Source of the DNA: the human T2T-CHM13v2.0 reference genome, Homo sapiens
Assembly (NCBI RefSeq): GCF_009914755.1
Contig: NC_060936.1
DNA length: 64,000 nucleotides
Direction: 5' to 3' (one strand)
In this document: in pieces, positions 1 to 10,170 of the stretch
Layout: the number at the start of each line of letters is the position of its first letter
How positions within the stretch are numbered: position 1 is the first letter of the stretch
Notes under the pieces: model-generated
Told to the model about the DNA's origin: nothing
The model's database searches: none
Seen by the model: only the letters and a program-made list of their open reading frames with translations
Translations under genes and position numbers: made by a program

Positions 1-801
1 CTTCTAACCCAACGCCTCCTGTTTCCTTCCCTCCCCAGCATTTTGCATTAATATTTTAGAAGAGTCCTACTTATGTCTACACAACCACCAAGAGAGCAAT
101 GTGAGTATTTTAGGCTCACAAATCTGTTAGCATTTGAGGTGCAATAATAGCCAACATTTATGGCAGGCCAGGAAAGAGCCATTGTAACCTGGTTTTGCTC
201 ACACATTTAGCTCTGAATCGCTCTATGAGAAGAGAGCTCAATTCTCCTCAACCTTACAGAAGAGGTTTCTGGCGCTCTGGCCACCGCCCCACTCTGGTGG
301 GATTCGAACCTATCAGAAGGCAGGGTTCCTCTATCAAGGCAGGAAGGGGAACCGGGGAGAGGTCTGTTGGATTGGGGGAGTGCAAAGGGCACTTTTTCAG
401 CGTCGAAAAGCACACTTAGTTGAAAACCGGGGGGGAATTGGTCCTTCTGTCACGGAGCGAAGGCTCACATCATTTCTGATGTCTCAGTCTTTTCTCCCCA
501 TTCCCACTGAGGCCCCAGAAGAGAGCCTGGGGGCAAACAGCCCAGATTCACTGGCATTAAGCAAGATGGGAGGGAGGACGGAAAGATGCTGATGTTCTCC
601 TTTCCAAACCTCACTGTTCTATTCCCAAATCCTGGCCCACATTCATCATAGCCTCAAGGCCAGTACACACTGTCCCCTGGCTTTGAGGGAGGAAGATGGG
701 TGGGTGGGATGGAGCCGGGCAGAGATGTGCCCGGCTCCATTTTTTTTTTTTTTTTTGAAACAAATAATTAGGCTGTGAGAGGGTGAGGACTTGCCCGAAG
801 T

Positions 802-867
802 CACACAGCCCCTGCTGGAAATGCACACAGCCCCTGCTGGAAATGCGCACAGCCCCTGCTGGAAATG
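802..867. repeat. 22-bp tandem repeat x3 (CACACAGCCCCTGCTGGAAATG)
   Basis: Units at 802-823, 824-845 and 846-867 with one substitution; begins at the end of a MIR-like fragment (~757-810). Confidence 0.95.
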
Positions 868-889
868 CTCCTTCCCTTTCCCTACTCTC

Positions 890-1300
890 CCGCGCCTTCA
901 GGTAGAGCGTTTAAGGGATTCCCAGCAGTTCCCGAGTACACGTGGAGGCTGCTCCCCGGCGTGCTGGAGCGGCTGCGGGCTCAGTCTGCGGAGGGCGCCC
1001 CGGTGAAGTGTGGAGTTCGCAGTCGGACGCGGCCGCCCGGCCTCTCGGTTCCGGGCCTTCCCCTCCCAGGCACTGCGTTCTGCGGCCGGGACAGCACCCG
1101 CCAGGCGCGGCCCTTCTCCTATCTTTGCTCTGTGGCTCTCCCTGGGGCCGGAGGAGTCCTGCCGCCTCAAGGCCCCAGACTCCGCACCCGGAGGGACTTG
1201 CCGCTAGCGCCGCTCCTTCAGCCTCCCCAGGCGCTCCCTTCGCTTCCCGGTGTTTCAGGCTCTTCCCACCGCCTGTTTGCTCTGGGCGCAGCGCTGGCTG
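890..1300. promoter_or_regulatory. CpG island 1
   Basis: GC-rich with dense CpG (GCGGCCGC, CCGG, GCGC) against CpG-poor flanks. Confidence 0.85.
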
Positions 1301-3229
1301 CCACACTTGCAAGTTAGGAAGAAAATGACTTCTTTAGAAAGTGGGGGACTCTGAGATCCAAACCCCTCGAGCAGCGCCTCAAAGGGAGGTGCAAGGGATC
1401 CCCACTCTCTCACTTCCCTCCCTTCGGTTCCCTCCACCCTCCTCCACCTGTGTCCTCCCTGCTTCGGAGTCATTCTTTTAGTGCCTGAGTCTTTCCACCT
1501 CCACGTAGAATACATTCCCTCCGAGGCACCCTCAGGTGATCCTGCCTCATCTCCAGGATCCTCGGCTACCCCCCAGCCCAGGCCACCCCCATGCTAGCAG
1601 ACATCAGGCTCAACGTTTGGGGTTCCTCCCAGATTTCTCAGCCTGCTCTGCTCACTAGCAACGGCTCCCACAGGAGCCCCGCATCCTGGTTCCTGGTCCC
1701 CGTGGGTGAGTCTTGATGAGCGCCCAGGACCCAGGAGGCTAAGTCTTAAAGACAAGGGCCAGTCCTATAGCATTCTTGCCCATGCTCCCGAACTCCATCT
1801 TCTAACAAAACCAGAGGGTCCAGGCTGCCCAGCTGGAGAGGTCTGTCTTCTGTGTGGCTGAATATGGCATTGTCCTGGAGTCTTTCTATAGGACTGAGTC
1901 ATTTGAGGGGGAGCTTTACGTATCTCTGTGCTGTTGTGTTAGTTGTGTGTGTCTGTGTCATTACATGTGCTTCCTTGAGAGGGGGCATTTCGAAAATAGT
2001 TACCTATGCACTTTTTCTGTGGACCTCCTTATGTGAAAACAGCTGTGAGCCTGTGGAACATGGGGTCTTGTGCATGTGTGTGGTGGGAGTTTGTGTGAGC
2101 CTGTGTGTCATTGTGGAAGGCAGTGTGTGTGAGTGTGTGGGTGTGGGTGTTTAGAGGGCGGGGCAGCCACCGCCCAAACATCACCTCGGGTCAGATGGTT
2201 TTCTGGGCTCATAACCTAATGCTCAGTGCCCCCCCCTCCTTTTATTGGCCACTTTTATGATTATTATTTTTACCGACAGCTCCAAGCAGAGGCCTGTGGG
2301 CCTGGGCCTCCTGGAAGGCAATCACTGTTCTGCCATTCAGCCTGGGAGGCCAAAGGGGCTGTCTGCAGCAGCCTGGGCCACCCGAGTCTATATTTGGAAG
2401 CAAATTCCACAGCCACTTCCTGGGAACTGGGAAAAAGGTGCCTGGGAATTGGAGAGGACAGTGTTGTCAGTGCAACTTCGTCCCTGTCCCCGAGCACGCA
2501 GGGGAAGCCCTCACACCCTTAGCAGGTTGGAAATAGCAGGTGCAAGATCCATGCTGGGCACGAACACGGGCAGAAATGCACCCCTTTGCAGTATTGGAGG
2601 CACAGTTACTTCCTCCATAGGCGGAGTGAAAGGCTTGAGTAGGTGATATACAGGCACAACCCACCTACTGGCATGCAAAGCACCTGCACCACAGTTGTGC
2701 ACATGCTCCCCGGGCACACACCTCCTGGGCCTTCCCCAGTACCAGAAGGACAGGGGAGTTGACTCTAAATCCTGATTATGTGTACTTCTTGGAAATTGAT
2801 TCCAGGAGATCAGATGAACCAGTCTGGCTGCCCACAAGTCCTTTGCCCAAAGCAGCCTTTGACCTTGTCCCCGAGGGTTCACAGACCTGGCGGACTCCAG
2901 GGAGGGTTTGCTTCTGCTGCTCCATAGATACCAGGGTGACAGCTCCAGGGCTGGCATGATTAGAGACAGCTGCTTGCAGCAAATCTTTCCTAGGCTAGGT
3001 AAAGACCTGGACTGCTGAGCCGATCCCTCTGCCAGCCATCAGCCACATGGTGAAGCAGCAGCAATGATCTGGCCTTGGCCACCTATGACACCACGGGGCT
3101 GGGAGAAAGCTGGTTCACCTGTTCAGGGTGGCCCAGCCCCTCACTGACACCACAGCCTCAGCCCTCTGTTCCCAAGGGGTCAAGCAGTGAGATGCCCCAG
3201 ACCCGGCCACTTGGGAGTCACTTATAGCA

Positions 3230-4340
3230 TACACAGCCATGCACAGCCACCCACTTTGTATATGGGTGCAGCCTTTCTATCTCACACACACAGGCACGCC
3301 AAGCAGCCACCCACTGCGTGTCTAGGTTCAGCAATTTTGTCACATAGCTGCCACCATATTCATCACACATTCATATAAACATATATACTATACATATATA
3401 TAAATACATGTATATATTAACATATGAATTCATACATGCATAGACACAGTCACATACACATTCTAGTATTCAAAGTCACACAAAGCCACACATGCACACA
3501 CCCCTGTACACACATGGTCTGATCACAAACCCACTGCCACTCTCATGGTCACGTTCAACAACACATCACAGAAACACACTGAATCTTTGATATGCACAAA
3601 CACACATGTATACTCTTTAACACTCAGCCTCACACAATAGGCAAATACCCACAAACATACACCTCTTTGTCCACATACACATACTCTCACACAAAGGCAC
3701 ACACCCACAGATACCAATTCAGACACACAATCCTGGCCACTCACAACCACCCACAGGCTCACAGCTGTGCATAAATGCACATCAGTTCAGTCACACACAC
3801 ACTCACAGTCACATTTACACTCCCTGTTGTCCACCCTCACACACAACCACACACTGCCCCCTACCCCCAGTATATCTCCCCCTTCAGTGTCAGGCACACA
3901 CATCACAACCAAGGCCATGCATACACACACTTACAATGACTTCAATTTACAATTTTCCAACTTCAGAACGGGTTTATCCGGGTATTAAGTGCACTTTTGA
4001 CTTAGCAATATTTTCATCGTACGACGAGCTTATTGGAATGTGACCCCATCTTACATGGAGTAGCTCACATGCACTCATAGCTGTGTGCACAGCTGTGCAT
4101 GTGCAGCCACACACACTCTCACACACTCAGTCCCAAACCAGCCACACTCACAATTACAGGTCTTCCCCCTGAGTCACAGACATTAGCCCATGCATACTCT
4201 TGGATCCACACATACCCTCACGGTTGCATTCAGATCCATTCATTCTGGATTCACACGGTCACTGCATCATTCCAGGGTCCCCCACACATCAGCCTCAGAC
4301 CCTCATGTATCCTCTTATGTGGCCACACACACACAGGTAC
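3230..4340. repeat. ~1.1-kb CA-rich low-complexity tract
   Basis: Degenerate (CA)n/CACAT/ACAC repeats throughout; interrupted by the MER47-derived copy at 3929-4053. Confidence 0.85.
3929..4053 (-). mobile_element. MER47/Tigger5-derived fragment lacking termini; inverted copy of 6133-6256
   Basis: Reverse complement aligns to 6133-6256 with about 6 substitutions and 1 indel. Confidence 0.9.
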
Positions 4341-4959
4341 ACTTGGAGGCGGGCTGCCCCTGCCCAGCCTGGCAGAAGGAATTGTGTGGTCACAATTAGA
4401 GACTGTTCCCCACTGGCATGGTGAGGTTAGCCTGGAGCGAACCCCTTGATTCCACAGGTCCCACTCAGACTAGAAACCACCAATTCAGGAGGAAGAAAGA
4501 CATGTGGGTTTGGAGCAGGCAAAAGAAAAGCCCATCTCCAGCCATGTCCTCAGTCCTCAGCCCACCCCTTAAGGTCCCAGGGCTTCGACACAGCCCCATC
4601 CTTGAGGATGGGACCTGAATAGTCCCTTAGCAATAACTAGTCCAACTCTTTAATTTTATATATGGGGAAACTGAGATCTAGAGGTGCAGAGAGTGAAGGG
4701 AATTGCTAAAGTTCTCCAGGAGTTCGAAGCAAGCTGAGAGTGGGACCGTTTTCTTCTGCCTCCAGTGCAAACCACACTACAGTGACCTCTGGGAGATTCC
4801 TGGATCCCATTAACCCCCTCTCCTCACAGCACCACCACTGCCATCACCATCCTTCCACCCAGTGGTCCCATCTAGCCCCCAAGGATGCCTGAGCTACCTG
4901 CCACTGAGGAAAAATGAAGCATCAGCTCATGTCCTGATCGTGTTCACAACCCTCCAAAG

Positions 4960-5122
4960 GTCAGGCACCATGGCTCATGCCTGGGATCTCAGTACTTTGG
5001 GAGATCAAGGAGGGAAGATTACTTGAGGCCAGGAGCTCAAGGCTGTAGGGAGATATGATTGCACCACTGTACTCAAGCCTGGGTGACAGAGTGAGACCCT
5101 GTCTCAAAACAAACAAACAAAA
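4960..5122 (+). mobile_element. Alu monomer (FRAM-like)
   Basis: Alu head joined directly to the GCCTGGGTGACAGAGTGAGACCCTGTCTC end and an (AAAC)n tail; ~160 bp. Confidence 0.8.
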
Positions 5123-5124
5123 AG

Positions 5125-5455
5125 TCTTAGAATAAAACCTGAACTCTTTCCCGTATCAGGAAGGCCTTGCAGGAGCTGGCCCCTGCCTGCCCTCCTATCT
5201 CATCCTGCCCTCCTTTCTGCCTCTCCATTCCACCCACCTCCTTCTCTGATCCTCATTTGTACCAGCCTTTGCTCCTACCCCAGGGCCTTTGCACATGCCA
5301 TTCCCTCTACTCCCAGCCCCCCTTGCAACTGCCTCCTCTGTGGCCAACCCCTCCGTGAGGCCAGCCCTGACCACTGGCCATTGAAATTCCCTCTCTCCAT
5401 CTTATCACTCTGTTTTATTTATTACATAGCACTGACCACTATCAGAAGTTATTTT
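5125..5455 (+). mobile_element. L2 3' fragment
   Basis: CAGGGCCTTTGCACATGCCATTCCCTCT and TTACATAGCACTGACCAC resemble the L2 3' region. Confidence 0.6.
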
Positions 5456-5456
5456 A

Positions 5457-5760
5457 CCATTATCCTTAGCAAACTAACGAAGGAACAAAAAACCAGACAC
5501 CGCATGTTCTCACTTATAAGTGGGAGCTGTGCAATGAGAACACATGGACACAGGGAGGGTAACAATACACACTGGGGCCTGTCAGGAGAGGGTGGGGGGT
5601 GGGAGAGAGCATTAGAGAAAAGAGCTAATGCATGCTGGGCTTAATACCTAAGTGATGGGTTGACAGGTGCAGCAAACCACCATGGCACACATTTACCTTA
5701 TGTAACAAACCTGCACATCCTGCACATGTACCCCGGAACTTAATAATTTTTAAAAAATTA
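5457..5760 (+). mobile_element. L1PA 3' end
   Basis: CATGTTCTCACTTATAAGTGGGAGCTG ... TGTAACAAACCTGCACATCCTGCACATGTACCCC is the L1P 3' UTR. Confidence 0.9.
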
Positions 5761-6116
5761 TTTTGCTTATGTATTAGTTTCTTCTCTGTAAAATGGGGCT
5801 AACAGTGGTACTCCCTTCTGTTAGGGCATTTGTGAGGATTAAGTGAATTTCTAGAGGTAAAGCTTTTAGAAAATACTTGGTGTCTAATAAGCACACTGTA
5901 TTGCTGTCATTTTTTGTTATGTGCTTAGTTATTATGTTTCCACCTCGGACTCTAAGCTGGCTAGAGGTCATGGCTGTTTCCTTCAACACCGCATCCCAAG
6001 TATCCAGGATTATGCCCTTCCTGTAATCGACACTAGTTAAACATGTGTTAAACAAAATATATAATGGTGTCATAACAGATGGACTTGAACCCAGGGAGAC
6101 ATATGCAAAACATATA

Positions 6117-6269
6117 CAGATGCTCCTCGACTTAAGATGGGGTCACGTTCCAATAAGCTCATCGTATGATGAAAATATTGTTAAGTCAAAAGTGCACTTA
6201 ATACCCGGATAAACCCATTCTGAAGTTGGAAAATTGTAAATTGAACCATTGTAAGTCAGGGACCATCGG
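6117..6269 (+). mobile_element. MER47/Tigger5-type non-autonomous DNA transposon (internally deleted)
   Basis: TA|CAGATGCTCCTCGACTTA at the start and GTAAGTCAGGGACCATC at the end, i.e. both termini present. Confidence 0.75.
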
Positions 6270-6439
6270 CATAAGGAATCAATAAAGTGCATAGGACCAG
6301 GGAGCTCTCCTCCCTCTGGGCGATACAAATAAGAAGATGATTCTGAATGGCGATCAGTTTGCAGGGGAAAATACCCCCCTCCCCCGCAGCATGTTTTTTG
6401 GCTTTCTGAGCCTTGCTTCCCTGAGAAAGTTCCTCTCCT

Positions 6440-6640
6440 TCTGCCCCAAGTGGCCCCCATCACCGATTACCCCTCCCCGTCCCCTGGGCCTTTCTTTTGG
6501 CTACCTTTCCATCTCTTCCCAGGAGCCTGGAGAAGGAGCCAGCAGATAAGTGAAAGTGGTACTTTTTATAGGCTGATAAAACCCATGCTTATCTAGAAGG
6601 CTCTGTCCCATCTCCCCGTGTCCCTAATTGATCATTTGCC
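6440..6640. promoter_or_regulatory. Candidate cardiac-type enhancer core (GATA x3, NKX2-type, MEF2-like)
   Basis: AGATAA 6544-6549, TAAGTG 6547-6552, TGATAA 6574-6579, TTATCT 6589-6594, CTTTTTATAG 6562-6571 in unique sequence. Motif evidence only. Confidence 0.45.
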
Positions 6641-7561
6641 CAATGCCCTCTCCGCCAGAGCTGCAGACACCAGGGAAACGTGACTCAGGCCACCCTCCTT
6701 GGCCTTCTTGCCTCTCTGTTTAATTTCCCTGCCCTTTGCCTTTGTGAGAGGGGGGCTGCCCCATGCAATGTTTGCCAGGAGAATTTGAGGAATCAGGAGG
6801 GAGGTGAGAAGAGATGGGGAGAAGGATAGTGGGGTCCAGACTTTCCCAAGTGGGTTTGCTGTGCCACTATTTAATGATGCTAACTATATTAAATTCTATA
6901 CTCTAGCAGCCTCTTAAATCCGTTTATGGCCCATGCTAGACCCTGAGCTATAATAATAATAAAAATAAAATAAAGGATTTATGCATCCAGGGTGTGGACC
7001 CGTCACTGGCAGAAAAGAAAGAGCTGTTTCTAGCTGATTTTGCTGGCCTGTTTCTCACACTCTGACCTCCTGTTTTCCCTGGGTGGAGGCTCCCAGGAGC
7101 AGGGAGAAGGATTGGATTCCTGGCAGAAAAGGAGATTTAGGGAGGCGAGAAAAAGCCAACTTAAAAGGAGCATTGGCTGGGCTCTTCTCAAACCAGTTTT
7201 TCTAAACTCCAGTCTCTCCACTTCCCTCTCTTGGGCTCGTGTAGAAGAATTTGTTTGTATTGTAGCTTGAGCAGACCTAAACCCAAATTGTGACTCGGAA
7301 TTGAAAAGAGAGCAGACAAATGGAGTGGACATTGCTTAGAGAGGAAGCTGGATATTGTGGTTAAGCCTTAGGCATTGCCACGTGTCCAAATCCTAGCCCT
7401 GCCAGTTCCTAATTGAATGAACTTTAAGAACTAGGACTTACGAACTAGGGAACATAAGTCTCTTCACCTTTCTCAGCCTCAGTTTCTCAATCCATATAAT
7501 GGGTTTCATAAGAATGTCGGCTTCAGGTGGTTGTTGAGAGGAAAAATAATACAATACAGTA

Positions 7562-7873
7562 CAGTCATATGCCACATAAAGACATTTAGGTCAATGATGG
7601 GCCACATATACAACAGTGGTCTCATAAGATTATAATGCTGTATTTTTACTGTACTTTTTCTATGTTTAGTTGCACAAATGCCACTGTGTTATGATTATTT
7701 ATAGTATTCGGTACAGAAACATGCTGTTCAGGTTGGTAGCCTGGTAGCAATAGGCTATACCATACAGCCTAGGTGTGTAGTAGGCTGTACCATGTAGGAG
7801 TTTACACTACAACCAAATTGCCTAGCAATGCATTTCTCACAACATATCACTGTTGTCAAGGGATATATGACTG
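7562..7873 (+). mobile_element. Tigger3/MER7-type DNA transposon inserted in a MIR
   Basis: TA|CAGTCAT ... ATGACTG|TA inverted termini with TA duplication; MIR sequence on both sides. Confidence 0.8.
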
Positions 7874-8597
7874 TATATGTAAAACATCTGGCACAGGTTT
7901 GGAGTAGGTCTTGAGTGCACTGTGCTGAAGAACGCTGATCCTCTCGAGACAAGCAGAGGCAGGCTTCACCAGAGTCCCAGCCCACGGTGGGGAGAGGAGG
8001 CAGGAGAAGGATTCAGCAGCCATATGTGTAATTGATCTCTTGGAAAACATTAATACCAACTGATCAGTATCTGGAAGGAGAAGCTAAGCCTCCTCTGAGC
8101 AAGGTTTCTAAGAAACAGGAGGCAGGATGAGGACAGAAGGAGGAGGGAAGAAATGCTCATAGCCTGGTCGATGGGCCTGGAGATCCCTGGCCCCCATCGG
8201 GGGCAGAGGGAGGAAGCTTGGCTGTTCTGTGAATTCATAATCATGGAGCAATGGCCTCTCTGGTCTTCTGCGGCCCTGCACCCCCATCTCTGCTCAGCAC
8301 TTAAGAACCTAAGTTGTAACCATTGACTTCCAGGCCTGTCTTCCTATAGGACACAGCTCTTTGGGGGCAGGAACTCTGTGATTGTTGTCTCCCAGCTCCC
8401 AGATCATGAAGAAGTGCTCATTAAGTGAATGGTCAAACGTGAGGACGGGGGCCTCTGGCTTTGTATTCCTGGCATTTGGTGTGGATGAGGCCAGAGTCGG
8501 GGACTAGGAGTGAATGTGTTCAGTTTTTCTGCTAGCTGTGGCATAATTCTCACTATCTGATTACCTCCTATCAGGAAACTAAAAGAATATATTTGGA

Positions 8598-9290
8598 TCA
8601 TCAAAAGAAAGGAAAAGAGTATATCAAAGAGATATTTGCACTCCCATGTTTGTTGCAGCACTGTTTACAATAGCTAAGATTTGGAAGCAACCTAAATGTC
8701 CATCAAGAGATGAATGGGTAAAGAAAATGTGGTACATTAACATAATGGAGTACTATTCAGCTGTAAAAAAAAGAATGAGATCCTGTCATTTGCAACAACA
8801 TGGATCCATCCGTGCTGGAGGTCAGTATGCTAAGTGAAATAAGCCGGGCCCAGAAAGACAAACTTCACATGCTCTCACTTCTTGGTGGGAGCTAAAAATT
8901 AAAACAATCAAACTGACAGAGATAGAGAATAGAATGATGGTTACCAGAGGCTGGGAAGGGTAGTGGTGGTGGCGTGGTGAGTGGAGGGGTGGGCATGGTT
9001 CATGGGTACAAAATATAGTTAGAAAAAAGGAATAAGATGAGATAAGATCTAGCCTTTGATAGCACAACTGGGTGACTATAGTCAAGAATAATTCAATTGT
9101 ACATTTTAAGATAACTGAAAGAGTATAATTGGATTGTTTATAACACAAAGAATAAATGCTTGTGGTAATGGATATCCCATTTGCCCTGATGTGATTATTA
9201 GGCATTGTATGGCTGTATCAAAATATCTCACGTTCCTCATAAATATATACACCTATTATGTACCCACCAAAATTAACAATTTTAAAAAAG
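8598..9290 (+). mobile_element. L1MA 3' end
   Basis: Encodes an ORF2 C-terminal remnant (MFVAALFTIAKIWKQPKCPS) followed by L1MA-type 3' UTR. Confidence 0.9.
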
Positions 9291-9299
9291 AATCCATTT

Positions 9300-9790
9300 G
9301 GAGCCTATGGAAGATTGATTGCATCTAGTGACCCAATTTTCCATGCTACCTTCTACCCATGCTGACTCTATAGTGACCCCATTTTCCATGCTACCTTCTA
9401 CTCATGCTGACTCTAGACTTGGCCTCTGTGACTCGCTTTAGCCAATGGGATAGTAGAAAACTCAACCCCTTGTATGTTTCTACACTCTTATCTCTCTGAT
9501 TTCTTTGTGTGAACGATTCTGGGCTACCCTCCTGGAGGATGAGACACATGACTGAGTCTGCCCAGTTGTCTAAGCCAAGGCTCTAGATAAGTAAGGGAGT
9601 CCAGCTAAGACTACCAAAGCCACTTTGTTAACTGCAGCTGACCAGAAATACCTAAGTACACTCCATTTGGCAGACCTGTCCAGCTAACCCATAGATTCAT
9701 AAGTAAAAAACAAATGTTTATTGTTGTCAGCCACTGGTGGAGGTAGTAATTTGTTACGTGACATAACTGCAGCAATATGGCTAACCAATA
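9300..9790 (+). mobile_element. MLT1 (MaLR) LTR
   Basis: GTGACTCGCTTTAGCCAATGG and terminal TTGTTACG...AGCAATATGGCTAACCAATA motifs. Confidence 0.6.
9326..9415. repeat. 45-bp tandem duplication
   Basis: 9326-9370 and 9371-9415 differ at 2 positions. Confidence 0.95.
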
Positions 9791-9857
9791 GAGCCTTGAG
9801 CTATATTTATCCCTGACTGGCTCCACATTTGAATTTTGGGCAAGGAAATAAATATTG

Positions 9858-10170
9858 GGCTGGGCACGGTGGCTCACGCCTGTAATCCCAGTACTTTGGG
9901 AGGCCGAGGCGGGCAGATCACGAGGTCAGGAGATAGAGACCATCCTGGTTAACACAGTGAAACCCCGTCTCTACTAAAAAATACAAAAAATTAGCTGGTT
10001 GTGGTGGCGGGCACCTGTAGTCCCAGCTACTCAGGAGGCTGAGGCAGGAGAATGGCGTGAACCCAGGAGGCGGAGCTTGCAGTGAGCCGAGATGGTGCCA
10101 CTGCACTCCAGTCTGGGCGACAGAGCGAGACCCCATCTCGAAAAAAAAAAAGAAAGAAAGAAAGAAAGAA
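9858..10170 (+). mobile_element. AluY
   Basis: Full dimer with AATGGCGTGAACC and GAGCTTGCAG diagnostics and an A/AAAG tail. Confidence 0.92.

Noticed and set aside
865-1328. Overlapping 128-150-aa ORFs on both strands
   Set aside because: CpG-island artefact; low-complexity A/P/G/R content with no family match.
1700-1711. Strong splice-donor-like GG/GTGAGT
   Set aside because: An isolated motif cannot define an exon without transcript data.
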